This document shows, in pieces, positions 26,878 through 36,904 of a stretch of 64,000 nt of DNA. A model generated the notes under the pieces. The model was not told where the DNA came from. It made no database searches and saw nothing but the letters and a program-made list of their open reading frames with translations. Made by a program: the position numbers and the translations under genes. Where the stretch lies: the NCBI GenBank assembly GCA_013374835.1, contig CP055307.1, forward strand, positions 407,315-471,314. The letters run 5' to 3'. Source of the stretch: Candidatus Woesebacteria bacterium (GTDB lineage Bacteria > Patescibacteriota > Microgenomatia > UBA8517). Each line of letters opens with the position of its first letter. Within the stretch, counting starts at the first letter, position 1.

Positions 26878-29301
26878 ATGAAGGAAACAAAAGTTTATAG
26901 AGAATTACCAACCGTTGCGATGCGAGGGTCTGTAGTTTTTCCTCATACGGATTCCTTTTTGTCTTTCGGGAGGGAGAAATCAATAGCAGCAGTAAACGCA
27001 GCTTTTCAGTCTGACCGTGTAATCGCCATTTTTAACCAAAAAGATCCGCGTAAAATCGATCCTGAGCTTAGTGATTTATATAGAGTAGGTACTGTTGCCA
27101 TAATAACTCAGATGATGTCTTCTGAGAATGAGATACATGCGATGGTGAAGGGACAAAGTAGGATTAATCTTGAGGATATATTAAAGACCGAGCCATATTT
27201 GATTTCTAAAATAACCGAGATAAAAGAAAAGGAAGTGGATGACCTTTCTGTTGAGCCGCTTGCACGCGAACTTTCAGAGCTTTTCAAAAAGGCTGTAAAT
27301 ATGGGTAAGGGCGTTGATGTACCAACAATTATGAGGATAATGTCCAGACATGTTGAGCCTGTTGAATTGGTTGATTCCGTGGCTGCTCTTTTGGATGTAA
27401 AGCCAAGAGAGAAACAGAAACTGCTTGAAATGATTTCTGTAAAAGCGAGGCTTGAGCGTGTACTCGAGCTACTAAATCATGAGGTTAATGTTTTGGAGCT
27501 TGAACGAGTTATTTCTACAAAAACTCAAAAGAGATTTGAGGAACAGATGAAGAAAGCCATGCTTCGTGAGAAAAAAAGGACTATTGAGGAGGAGCTTGGT
27601 GAGGATGACGAGAGTGTTGACAGTGAAGTTGTCGAATTTAAAGAAAAGATAAATAAGGCGAAGATGCCAAAGGATATAAGAAAGAAGGCTTTAAAAGAGC
27701 TTAAGAGGCTTGAGTTGATGTCTCCCCATAACCCTGAGGGGGCATATATACGAAATTATTTGGATTGGCTTTGTGATATGCCATGGTCAAAGATTTCAAA
27801 TAAAAAGGTGTCTGTTAAAAAAGCTGCAAAAATTTTGGACGAAGATCATTACGGCCTTGATAAGGTGAAGGAGCGAATTCTTGAGTACCTTTCTGTTATG
27901 AAGCTTAAGGAAAATGGAAGAAAAAACGGTAAGAAAGATAATAATAAATTCTATCCTACGATTCTTTGTTTTATAGGACCGCCGGGTGTAGGTAAAACTT
28001 CTATCGGTAAATCAATTGCCAGATCTCTTGGACGAGAGTTTGTGAGAGTGTCTTTGGGAGGTGTGCGTGATGAAGCAGAGCTTAGAGGACATAGGAGGAC
28101 GTATGTTGGTGCTTTGCCCGGTAGAATTATCCAAGGAATTAAGGATGCTGGTACTAAAAATCCGGTGTTTATGCTTGACGAGGTTGATAAGCTCGGGGCT
28201 GATTATAGGGGAGATCCGTCGTCTGCTTTGCTTGAAATACTCGATCCGGAGCAGAATAAGGAGTTTTCGGACCACTATCTTGAGGTACCTTTTGATTTAA
28301 GTGAGGTGACTTTTATTTGCACCGCAAATGTTGCCGACACAATACCTTTACCTCTTCTTGATAGGATGGAAATAATCCGATTTGCCGGATATACCGAGGA
28401 TGAGAAGTTTAATATTGCCAAGAAGTATTTGTGGCCAAAACAGGTTAGGCTCTCAGGACTTGAGGATTATAAGATTGATATTGATGATCAGGCAATATAT
28501 GAGGTTATTAAGAAGTATACGAGAGAGGCCGGGGTTCGTGAGCTTGAGAGGACGCTTGCTACGCTTTGCAGAAAGGTTGCCCGAAGTATAGCTGAGGGCA
28601 AAAAGTATCCAAAAATATTGACATCAATTGATGTTAAGAGTTTTTTGGGTGCAGCCAAATTTCGGTCACAGATAGCCGAGGAAAAGGATGAGGTGGGTAT
28701 TGCGACTGGACTTGCGGTAACTCCAACCGGAGGGGAAATACTTTTTATCGAATCTACACTTATGCCTGGTAAGGGTAAGCTTACATTAACAGGTCAGCTT
28801 GGGGATGTAATGAGAGAGTCTGCAAAGGCTGCTTTTACTTGGACGAGGTCCCATTGGAAAGAACTTGGACTTTTTTCTGAATTTGGGCGAGAGACTGATT
28901 TGCATATACATGTTCCTGAAGGCGCTACTCCTAAAGATGGCCCTTCTGCCGGGATAGCTATGATGACATCGCTTGTTTCCGCATTGACAAAAATTCCGAT
29001 AAGGCGTGATGTCGGAATGACGGGTGAGATTACACTCAGAGGAAGAGTGCTTGGAATCGGAGGGGTTAAGGAAAAGGTTGTAGCAGGACATAGAGCGGGA
29101 TTAAAGACTATTATTTTGCCTCGTGAGAATGAGAAGGATATGGAGGATGTTCCCGAGAATGTTAAGAGAGATATAAAATTTGTGTTTGTTGACAGGATGA
29201 ATGAGGTTTTGGAGATTGCGCTTACAAAAAAGCTTTCGTCATTAACCAAAAAAAACGGGAAGAGAAAGCAAAAAGTTTTAGCAACTTCTGTTATTTCTTA
29301 A
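26878..29301 (+). CDS. lon: Lon protease (endopeptidase La)
   Basis: GPPGVGKTS, RGHRRTYVGALPG, PKDGPSAG. Confidence 0.97.
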   Translation: MKETKVYRELPTVAMRGSVVFPHTDSFLSFGREKSIAAVNAAFQSDRVIAIFNQKDPRKIDPELSDLYRVGTVAIITQMMSSENEIHAMVKGQSRINLEDILKTEPYLISKITEIKEKEVDDLSVEPLARELSELFKKAVNMGKGVDVPTIMRIMSRHVEPVELVDSVAALLDVKPREKQKLLEMISVKARLERVLELLNHEVNVLELERVISTKTQKRFEEQMKKAMLREKKRTIEEELGEDDESVDSEVVEFKEKINKAKMPKDIRKKALKELKRLELMSPHNPEGAYIRNYLDWLCDMPWSKISNKKVSVKKAAKILDEDHYGLDKVKERILEYLSVMKLKENGRKNGKKDNNKFYPTILCFIGPPGVGKTSIGKSIARSLGREFVRVSLGGVRDEAELRGHRRTYVGALPGRIIQGIKDAGTKNPVFMLDEVDKLGADYRGDPSSALLEILDPEQNKEFSDHYLEVPFDLSEVTFICTANVADTIPLPLLDRMEIIRFAGYTEDEKFNIAKKYLWPKQVRLSGLEDYKIDIDDQAIYEVIKKYTREAGVRELERTLATLCRKVARSIAEGKKYPKILTSIDVKSFLGAAKFRSQIAEEKDEVGIATGLAVTPTGGEILFIESTLMPGKGKLTLTGQLGDVMRESAKAAFTWTRSHWKELGLFSEFGRETDLHIHVPEGATPKDGPSAGIAMMTSLVSALTKIPIRRDVGMTGEITLRGRVLGIGGVKEKVVAGHRAGLKTIILPRENEKDMEDVPENVKRDIKFVFVDRMNEVLEIALTKKLSSLTKKNGKRKQKVLATSVIS

Positions 29302-29345
29302 TTTTTGAGTTTGGTATTTTACGGTGATAAAATATAGAGTAATCT

Positions 29346-29418
29346 GGCCCTATCGTCTAATGGCTTAGGACGCTGGGTTCTCATCCCAGTAATCCGGGTT
29401 CGAATCCCGGTAGGGTCA
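29346..29418 (+). tRNA. tRNA-Glu (anticodon CTC), CCA not encoded
   Basis: Acceptor GGCCCTA/TAGGGTC, anticodon arm CTGGG-TTCTCAT-CCCAG, T arm CCGGG-TTCGAAT-CCCGG. Confidence 0.95.
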
Positions 29419-31665
29419 CTCTCTTTCAATTGAGTGTTTTTGGTCGAATTCAGGAAGGATTGGATGAACCCAGTTGGGAGATATGTTTGGTCTGGGGTTT
29501 AGTTTGTGGCGGATAAGGAAGTATTCTGTTTTTGGGTGGTTATCCGTAACTGGCTGTGTGTCAGCTATAAAGCGATCGATTGTTTTTTCATCTCCTACGA
29601 ACAATTCGAGCAATCTTTCTAAGGTAATGGGTGATTTTTGCCACTCGTTTAGATCCTCAAGGATTTCGTTGTTGAGTTTTTCTTTAAGAAAATCTTTTTT
29701 AAGAATTATTTCTTCTTGAGAGCCTATGAAGAATACACCTCTTCCATCCGGGGATACAGCCACCAGAATGTGCGGAAACACGCTTCTCATTGCAGAGAAA
29801 AGCATTTTAAAATCTTCCTCGTGTGTACCGTACCAGAACCATTGTACAAGAATGCCTTCTTCTTTTAGGATTCTTGTCGAATCTTCATAGAACTCTTTTG
29901 AGTAAAGCACGGTTGTTCCAGCTGCGTTTATCGGAGGGGGAGGATCCACAACAATAACATCATATTTTTTGCTTGTGAGTTTGGTGTAGTTTCTTCCGTC
30001 GTTTATGATTATATTCCCTTTTGGATTTGTAAGGACTTTTTCGGCGTCTTTAAAAAACATGCTAAATACTTTAGGGACGGAGGGTACTAGTTCTATCGCA
30101 TCTACATTGATATTGTGAATCAGCGCCGAGCGATAAGTTGTACCCATGCCGAATGCAATAATAAGCATGTCTTTGGGGTTTCTGTGTATCAGAAGCGGTA
30201 GATGTGCAAGAAGTTTGGTTTGGATTGTAAGCGTTGTAGTTTGTACTCCGTCTATGATTAACCCTTTTTCATCCGGTGAATTGGATTGGCCGCTAAAAGC
30301 TAAGATACTTGCAGTCTCATCCTCCAGGTATTTAAAAGACCAGTTTTTTTCTTGATAGAAAGATATTTTTTCTTTTAAACCTTTTTCAATGAATGCCTGT
30401 GGTTTGTTGATATAAAGAAAGATAATAAATGTTGGAATAATAGATATAAAAAGTGCAGATTTTGTTAATTTTTTGTAAAAAAGCAACAGAATCGTGCTTC
30501 CTGCGAGAATATTTGCACTGCTTAGAATGAGAGTAGTTTTTGTAGTACCGATAGAGGGTATGAGGATAAATCCCGTAATAAGAGGACCTATTATAGATCC
30601 GGTCGTATTTGCGGCGTAAGTGCCGCCAAGGTTTTTTCCGAAATTGTGTGGATTATTGAATAGTCCAGAGATTATTGGGAAGGTGGCTCCTGATAAAAGC
30701 GATGCTGGGAGAAGTACCAAAATAAGTCTTGGATACAAGCCTAATGGAATATTTAGGCTTAATGAAATTATTGAGAGAGTGGCGAAAATACCTATTCCAA
30801 CTTCAGTCAGGGCAAATAGTATGACAGGATTTTTTTGTGCCTTAAAAAGAATTTTTGAGGTGAAGGAGCCAAGTGCTACTCCGATTAGGATTGTTGCCAG
30901 AATTGTTGCGAATGCATAAGTGTAAGTCCCTGTGCTTGTGAGCAGAAGTCTTGTCCATACTATTTCATAAGACATAGAAATCGCTCCTGAAAGGAAAAAG
31001 ACTAGAAGGATTAAAATTAACAGACTTTTTGAAATGGTGGTTGTGAAATTTTTGGATTTATTGGGTTTTGCTTTTGTAGAAATAATTTTTTTATTTTTAA
31101 AAAAAGTAACAGCTAGAGTGCCTATTAAAATATTTATGAGCGTTGCAAGAAATGCTGTTAAATTAAGGCCAAGAATTTCTATCAAGACAAAAGCCGATAA
31201 AATTGTACCCACAAACGCACCAAGGGTGTTTACGAAATAAAGGGTTGAAACTTCTTGAGAGGGATTTTTACCTCGGGCAAAGAGTTTTATCAGGATGGGT
31301 AGCGTGCCTCCCATAAAGAACGTTGCCGGGAAAATAAGGACGGCAGTAATGACGTATTTTAGAAAAATACTATGAGTATTGTATATTTGAGAAATAAAAG
31401 GGAGGGTTATAAGCATAAATATAGCGCTTATGCCTATTAGGATTTCAATGCTACCCCATAGGAGTATAAGCTTTTTGTTTTTGTCCGCAATGGCACCGAA
31501 TACCAGAGATCCGGCTGCGAGCCCTGCCATAAATACAGAAATTATTGTTGTTGTTGAGTGCGTGGTGTTACCGAATATTAGAAGCAGAAGCCTTGACCAA
31601 ACTACTTGGTAGATCAATCCTGATGCTCCAGATAAACAAAAAAAGATATAGATAACTTTATTCAT
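29416..31665 (-). CDS. Fused MFS-like membrane domain / spermidine synthase-like protein
   Basis: SGASGLIYQVVW and SMSYEIVW repeats; IIAFGMGTT, NDGRNY, DVIVVDPP. Confidence 0.9.
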   Translation of the reverse strand: MNKVIYIFFCLSGASGLIYQVVWSRLLLLIFGNTTHSTTTIISVFMAGLAAGSLVFGAIADKNKKLILLWGSIEILIGISAIFMLITLPFISQIYNTHSIFLKYVITAVLIFPATFFMGGTLPILIKLFARGKNPSQEVSTLYFVNTLGAFVGTILSAFVLIEILGLNLTAFLATLINILIGTLAVTFFKNKKIISTKAKPNKSKNFTTTISKSLLILILLVFFLSGAISMSYEIVWTRLLLTSTGTYTYAFATILATILIGVALGSFTSKILFKAQKNPVILFALTEVGIGIFATLSIISLSLNIPLGLYPRLILVLLPASLLSGATFPIISGLFNNPHNFGKNLGGTYAANTTGSIIGPLITGFILIPSIGTTKTTLILSSANILAGSTILLLFYKKLTKSALFISIIPTFIIFLYINKPQAFIEKGLKEKISFYQEKNWSFKYLEDETASILAFSGQSNSPDEKGLIIDGVQTTTLTIQTKLLAHLPLLIHRNPKDMLIIAFGMGTTYRSALIHNINVDAIELVPSVPKVFSMFFKDAEKVLTNPKGNIIINDGRNYTKLTSKKYDVIVVDPPPPINAAGTTVLYSKEFYEDSTRILKEEGILVQWFWYGTHEEDFKMLFSAMRSVFPHILVAVSPDGRGVFFIGSQEEIILKKDFLKEKLNNEILEDLNEWQKSPITLERLLELFVGDEKTIDRFIADTQPVTDNHPKTEYFLIRHKLNPRPNISPNWVHPILPEFDQKHSIERE

Positions 31666-31730
31666 ATTTTAGACGTATATTAAACTGATATGCGTTAAAA
31701 GTGAAGTTTCTTCCTATAATGTAGCGTGGC

Positions 31731-31909
31731 TTGACAATTGGCTGGTAAAAATCTAAAATATCACTTGTTTATGGAACCTCAGAATGTAAACAAAAGTGCC
31801 TCCTTACTAATTTCCTTCGGGATTTTCACTAAGAAGATCGTTGTTTGAACTCTGAGGGAAGAAAAAATCTTTCGGAGTTTTAAGTCAAGGAAAAGTAAGG
31901 AGTTTTTTA
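31731..31909 (+). promoter_or_regulatory. greA promoter and long structured leader
   Basis: TTGACA 31731, 17 bp, TAAAAT 31754; complementary segments cctcaga/tctgagg and ctccttact/agtaaggag. Confidence 0.65.
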
Positions 31910-32392
31910 ATGAGTTATATGAAAAATAATATAAAACAGGTACAAGTGACAAAAGAGGGATATGAATCTCTGAAAGCTGAGCTTGACGAACTGGTTAATG
32001 TAAAAAGACCAAAATTAGTCGAGAGGCTTGAGCGTGCAAGAAACGAGGGTGATTTGTCTGAAAACAGTGATTATATTTCGGCTAAAGAGGAGCTTGAGTT
32101 TTTGGACGGTAGAATTGATGAGTTAAAACATGTGGTTGATCATGCTATTGTGCTTTCTGCTAATTCGAACGGAAGCAGTAAAGTGGATGTTGGAACTAAA
32201 GTAACGGTAAAAACTGATTCGGGGGAGCAGGTTTTTGATATAGTTGGTGAGTGGGAGGCGGATCCTGTAAATAAGAAAATTTCTCATGAATCTCCGCTTG
32301 GAAGCGCTCTTGTAGGTAAAAAGGTGGGAGAGGTTGTTGAGGTAGAAGCTCCTGCCGGAAAACTTGTTTACGAGATACTCAAAATAGATTAA
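31910..32392 (+). CDS. greA: Transcription elongation factor GreA
   Basis: EGDLSENSDY, ISHESPLGSALVG; ATG 31910 or 31919. Confidence 0.95.
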   Translation: MSYMKNNIKQVQVTKEGYESLKAELDELVNVKRPKLVERLERARNEGDLSENSDYISAKEELEFLDGRIDELKHVVDHAIVLSANSNGSSKVDVGTKVTVKTDSGEQVFDIVGEWEADPVNKKISHESPLGSALVGKKVGEVVEVEAPAGKLVYEILKID

Positions 32393-32426
32393 ATATGATA
32401 AGCACAAAGAAGTGGACTTTGGATGT

Positions 32427-32452
32427 AAAAGCCTCCCTAAGGGAGGCTTTTT
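32427..32452. terminator. Intrinsic terminator after greA
   Basis: aaaagcctccc-taa-gggaggctttt. Confidence 0.85.
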
Positions 32453-32476
32453 AGGTTTTGAAAGGAGGTGTTTAAA

Positions 32477-32695
32477 ATGCCAGAAAGAGAAAATTTAGGG
32501 GACCCAAAACATAACGGGGATTTGGTAGAGGATGGTATTAATTCCGGGCTGAAAGCGGACGAGGATTTTAATTCGGAAGTAAGATCATTTTCTGACAGAC
32601 ATGGTGTTAATTTAACAGTAGCAGAGAGAATAATAGGCGTTGCTACAAATCCTCCAAAAGTTATTGGAGTTCGTTATAAATCGGAGCATCGCTAA
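32477..32695 (+). CDS. Small hypothetical protein
   Basis: Strong SD aaggaggtg six nt before ATG 32477. Confidence 0.6.
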   Translation: MPERENLGDPKHNGDLVEDGINSGLKADEDFNSEVRSFSDRHGVNLTVAERIIGVATNPPKVIGVRYKSEHR

Positions 32696-32746
32696 TGTGG
32701 AATGTTATTTGGATATTGCGAATGTTAGGCTATAATCTAGATAGAT

Positions 32747-34192
32747 ATGGCAGAAAAAAGACTAAATGAGATTAGAGATTTGAGGCTTGAGAAGGTCGCC
32801 AGGCTTCGGGAGATGGGTATTGATCCATATCCGTCAAAACCTAAAACAAAGCCCGTTGCCATTAAGAAAATCCGTGGGCTTATTGGCAAGCGCGTGTCGG
32901 CTGCCGGAAGGGTTATGGGATTTAGGGTGCATGGAAATATTGTTTTTTCAGATTTAGAAGATTTTTCCGGCTCTATCCAGATTTTTTTTCAAAAGAAAAA
33001 GCTTGATGCTCTTTTTGAAATTGTAAAGCTTATAGATATTGGAGATATCTTATGGGTAAACGGAGACGTATTTAAAACCAAAGCGGGAGAAATAACTATT
33101 GATGTTTCTGACCTTCAGATTTTATCTAAATCAATAAGACCGTTGCCTTCGAAATGGCACGGGATTAAGGATGAAGAATTAAGATATAGAGAGCGGTATA
33201 TTGATTTGCTTTTTAACCGCGAACTTCGAGATCTTTTGACAAAAAAGAGCGTTTTTTGGAATTCGATTCGTGGGTTTTTGGTGAAGGAGGGGTTTATAGA
33301 GGTTGAAACTCCTGTTTTGGAATCTACTCCCGGCGGGGCTGATGCAAAGGCTTTTGTGACTCACCATGACGCGCTTGATATTGATTTGTATCTTAGAATT
33401 TCTATGGGCGAGCTTTGGCAGAAAAGGCTTATGGTAGCAGGATTTGAGAAGACTTTTGAGATAGGTAGGCAGTTTCGGAACGAAGGGATAAGCCGTGAGC
33501 ATCTTCAGGATTACACGCAGATGGAGTTTTATTGGGCTTATGCTAATTATGAAGATTCAATGAAACTTGTAGAGCGAATGTATAAGTATGTAGCAAAGGC
33601 AACCTTTGGAAAGCTAAAATTCAAAATTGGTGATTATTATGTAGATTTGGGTAAAAAATGGGAGAGAGTTGATTATAAAGATACACTTTTTGAAGCTACT
33701 GGAATTGATTTTGAAAAATCGGACTTGGGCAGTATCAAGAAAAAGCTTGATGAGCTTAAGATTAAATATAACGACGATGATAAAAAACCAAGACTTATTG
33801 ATTTGCTTTGGAAGAGCGTGAGAAAGGAAATTGCCGGTCCTCTTTTTTTGACGGGCCATCCTGTTGAAATATCTCCTTTGGCTAAAAGAAAGGCAGATAA
33901 TCCAAATATTACTGAAAGATATCAGGTGATTTTGGCTGGAACCGAAATGGGCAATGGTTATAGTGAGCTTAATGATCCTGTTGATCAGGCAGAGAGGTTT
34001 GAGGATCAGCAGAAGATGCGGGATGCTGGAGATGAGGAAGCACAAATGAACGATGCTGATTTTGTAAAGGCGCTTGAGTTTGGGATGCCTCCTGTTAGCG
34101 GATTTGGTGTATCTGAAAGGCTTTTTAGTTTTTTGGCAGATAAGCCGATAAGGGAGACTGTCTTTTTTCCGCTTTTAAGACCTAAGGAGTAA
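32747..34192 (+). CDS. lysS: Lysine--tRNA ligase (class II)
   Basis: LRPLP/IRPLPSKWHG, YLRIS, FRNEG, GMPPVSGFG. Confidence 0.95.
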   Translation: MAEKRLNEIRDLRLEKVARLREMGIDPYPSKPKTKPVAIKKIRGLIGKRVSAAGRVMGFRVHGNIVFSDLEDFSGSIQIFFQKKKLDALFEIVKLIDIGDILWVNGDVFKTKAGEITIDVSDLQILSKSIRPLPSKWHGIKDEELRYRERYIDLLFNRELRDLLTKKSVFWNSIRGFLVKEGFIEVETPVLESTPGGADAKAFVTHHDALDIDLYLRISMGELWQKRLMVAGFEKTFEIGRQFRNEGISREHLQDYTQMEFYWAYANYEDSMKLVERMYKYVAKATFGKLKFKIGDYYVDLGKKWERVDYKDTLFEATGIDFEKSDLGSIKKKLDELKIKYNDDDKKPRLIDLLWKSVRKEIAGPLFLTGHPVEISPLAKRKADNPNITERYQVILAGTEMGNGYSELNDPVDQAERFEDQQKMRDAGDEEAQMNDADFVKALEFGMPPVSGFGVSERLFSFLADKPIRETVFFPLLRPKE

Positions 34193-34785
34193 TGAAACGA
34201 GAAGAAGCTTTAAAACTAGTTAGAGAGCATACAAAGAATAAGAATCTAGTAAGGCATATGCTTGCTACAGAGGCGTGCATGAGAGCACTTTACGATAGGA
34301 TTGTGGGAAAAGGAGATGATAATGTGTTGTCTAGTAAGAATGAGTGGGGCATGGCGGGACTTCTTCATGATGCAGATTACGAGGAGCTTAAAGATTCACC
34401 TCAGGTTAGGACTTTGCACACAAAAAGAACTTTGGAGTGGCTTGATGGCAAGGGTCTGGAAAAGAAAGTACTAGATGCAATTAAAGCTCATGCTTGGGGT
34501 TATGTGGATGGTATGCCCGAGCCAAAAACTCCCATGGAGTGGGCTCTTTATACATGTGATGAGCTAACCGGGCTTATTGTGGCGGTTGCCTTGGTTAAAG
34601 GAGGCAGGCTTTCTGAGGTTACGGTTGATTCAGTTATGAAAAAATGGAATGAGAGTAGCTTTGCTGTGGGAGCAAATAGGGATCAGATTAAAATGTGTGA
34701 AACAAGGCTTGGCATACCATTGAGAGAGTTTATTGAAATATGCCTTAAAGCTATGCAGGAGATTTCAGGAGATTTGGGGTTATAA
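34192..34785 (+). CDS. HD domain phosphohydrolase
   Basis: RHML, GLLHDADYE, CDELTGLI. Confidence 0.85.
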   Translation: MKREEALKLVREHTKNKNLVRHMLATEACMRALYDRIVGKGDDNVLSSKNEWGMAGLLHDADYEELKDSPQVRTLHTKRTLEWLDGKGLEKKVLDAIKAHAWGYVDGMPEPKTPMEWALYTCDELTGLIVAVALVKGGRLSEVTVDSVMKKWNESSFAVGANRDQIKMCETRLGIPLREFIEICLKAMQEISGDLGL

Positions 34786-34786
34786 A

Positions 34787-36022
34787 ATGCTTAATATTGA
34801 ATTGATTAGAAAAGAGCCAGAGAAAGTAAAAAAGGGAATTGTTTCAAAGGGAGCGGATGTATCTTTGGTGGATAAGGTGCTTGAGCTTGATGAGAAAAGA
34901 AGAAGGCTTATTTTGGAGATTGAGGAGCTTAGATCGCAAAGGAATAAGTTTGCTAAAGAAAAAAATATAATCGAAGGAAAGAGAATAAAAAATGCCCTTA
35001 AGGTCAAGGAACCGCTTTTAGCAGAGGTGAGCCTAGAGTATGAGGAGGTCTTGGCCAAAATTCCCAATTTACCTTTAGAGGGGGTTCCTGAGGGTAAGGG
35101 AGAGGAAGAAAATGTTGAGATTAGAAGATGGTCTCCTTTGAATGAAGCTTTGGTGAGAAGGGGAAATAAAGACCATCTTGAGATAATGAACGCTCTTGAT
35201 TTGATAGATTTTGAGGCAGGTGCAAAGGTTGCAGGATCACAATTTTATTATCTTAAAAACGATGCCGTAAGGCTTGAGTATGCATTGATGCAGTTTGGGA
35301 TGGAGGTTTTGGAGAAACATGGGTATAAGTTTTTTATGACCCCAGACTTAGCTAAAAGCAGGTATTATTTGGGAACCGGTTATCAACCGAAGGGAGATGA
35401 AGCGCAGATTTATGAAATTAAAGACCATGATCTTGGACTTATTGCAACGGCGGAGGTAACGATGGCGGGGTATCATGCCGACGAGATATTAAAGAGTGAT
35501 GATTTACCGCTAAAATATGCTGCGATAAGTCATTGTTTTCGTCAAGAGGCCGGTGCTTACGGAAAGTACAGCAGAGGTCTTTACCGAGTTCATCAGTTTA
35601 CAAAGCTTGAGTGTTTTATTTATTGTTTGCCGGAAAAATCGGGAGAGATGCATGAGGAGATATTGGGAATTGAGGAAGAGATCCTTCGCGAGCTTGAGAT
35701 ACCCTACAGGGTTGTTGAGATGTGTACGGGAGACCTTGGAGCAATCGCTGCGAAAAAGTATGATCTTGAAGCTTGGATGCCAGGAAGAGGAGATTACGGT
35801 GAAGTAACTTCAACGAGCAATACGACAGATTATCAGTCTAGAAATTTGAACATAAAGTATCGCGCGGGAAACATCAATGAATATGTGCACATGCTTAACG
35901 GTACGGCGATAGCAGTTTCTAGGACTTTGATTGCAATAATGGAAAATTATCAGCAAAAAGATGGGTCAATAATTGTACCCAAAGTGCTTCGAAAATGGCT
36001 TGATAAAGAAAGAATCTGCTAG
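34787..36022 (+). CDS. serS: Serine--tRNA ligase
   Basis: IPNLP, ATAE, CFRQEAG, GLYRVHQF, HMLNGTA. Confidence 0.97.
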   Translation: MLNIELIRKEPEKVKKGIVSKGADVSLVDKVLELDEKRRRLILEIEELRSQRNKFAKEKNIIEGKRIKNALKVKEPLLAEVSLEYEEVLAKIPNLPLEGVPEGKGEEENVEIRRWSPLNEALVRRGNKDHLEIMNALDLIDFEAGAKVAGSQFYYLKNDAVRLEYALMQFGMEVLEKHGYKFFMTPDLAKSRYYLGTGYQPKGDEAQIYEIKDHDLGLIATAEVTMAGYHADEILKSDDLPLKYAAISHCFRQEAGAYGKYSRGLYRVHQFTKLECFIYCLPEKSGEMHEEILGIEEEILRELEIPYRVVEMCTGDLGAIAAKKYDLEAWMPGRGDYGEVTSTSNTTDYQSRNLNIKYRAGNINEYVHMLNGTAIAVSRTLIAIMENYQQKDGSIIVPKVLRKWLDKERIC

Positions 36023-36861
36023 ATTTTTTTAAGAATTTTTTTTGCTATGCTTTTGGGAGTCATGAGAATCTTTTTGCTTTTTGAGAGGCTTGTTTTAATA
36101 TATTTTCCCCTTGGAAGCTTGATTTCTGCAAGTAGTGGAAAATGATCAGAAACCAGAGGATTTTTTATTACTTTGAGTTTTATCGGAGAAATTGGTTTTT
36201 TTATATTTGCTAATACCCTGTTTGGCCTTTCATTGTAAACACCGTCTCTATTTAATATTATATTTACAGCTTTGTGAGCGTAAGCATTGTTTTCAGAATA
36301 TGTTACAGGTACTTCCAGCTCTTTTTGTAGTTGATCTACTAATTTGCTTATTTTTTCCGGGAAAACGTTTAGATCTCCTGCTATGATTGTAGGGTTTGCC
36401 GCTTTGGATTTTTTTATCACTTCTTCTATCTGGGAAAGCTTAATTTTTAATTTTGATTCGTCAAAGGATTGGTAGACGTGAGTGTTAATAAGATTAATAA
36501 GGCTTCCGCCTTTTGAGAATTGGGTTCGTAAAAAGCCTTTTGAAGCAATTCGCTCAACAGGGTCCAGATCGTTTTTGATATCGAATTTGTGAAACTCTAC
36601 TTTTATAGGCTTGTGCTTAAGCAGGGTAACAAGGCCGGATTTGTTGTAAAAAAGCGAGCTTGTGTTTATTACGTGGTATCTTAAGAGTTTTTTTTTGAGA
36701 TAGTTAACGTATTTATTGAGCCAAACTTCCTGCAGATTTATTGCATCAGGATCTAGTTTTTTGACTAAATTTATGAAATTATCGAGCCTTTCTTGGTTGT
36801 TTATAGATGTGGGTGGCGGCAAAAGCCACATATTTGCCGTGAGAATTTTAAGTGTTACCAT
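36019..36861 (-). CDS. Endonuclease/exonuclease/phosphatase family protein
   Basis: LTANM, LQEVW, NTH, AGDLN, SDH. Confidence 0.85.
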   Translation of the reverse strand: MVTLKILTANMWLLPPPTSINNQERLDNFINLVKKLDPDAINLQEVWLNKYVNYLKKKLLRYHVINTSSLFYNKSGLVTLLKHKPIKVEFHKFDIKNDLDPVERIASKGFLRTQFSKGGSLINLINTHVYQSFDESKLKIKLSQIEEVIKKSKAANPTIIAGDLNVFPEKISKLVDQLQKELEVPVTYSENNAYAHKAVNIILNRDGVYNERPNRVLANIKKPISPIKLKVIKNPLVSDHFPLLAEIKLPRGKYIKTSLSKSKKILMTPKSIAKKILKKI

Positions 36862-36904
36862 GCTTGACGTATTTTACTGGATTTGGGGAGTTATTACTAT
36901 TATA

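Noticed and set aside
29346-31665. Integrative element at tRNA-Glu
   Set aside because: No integrase and no duplicated tRNA 3' end seen in the window
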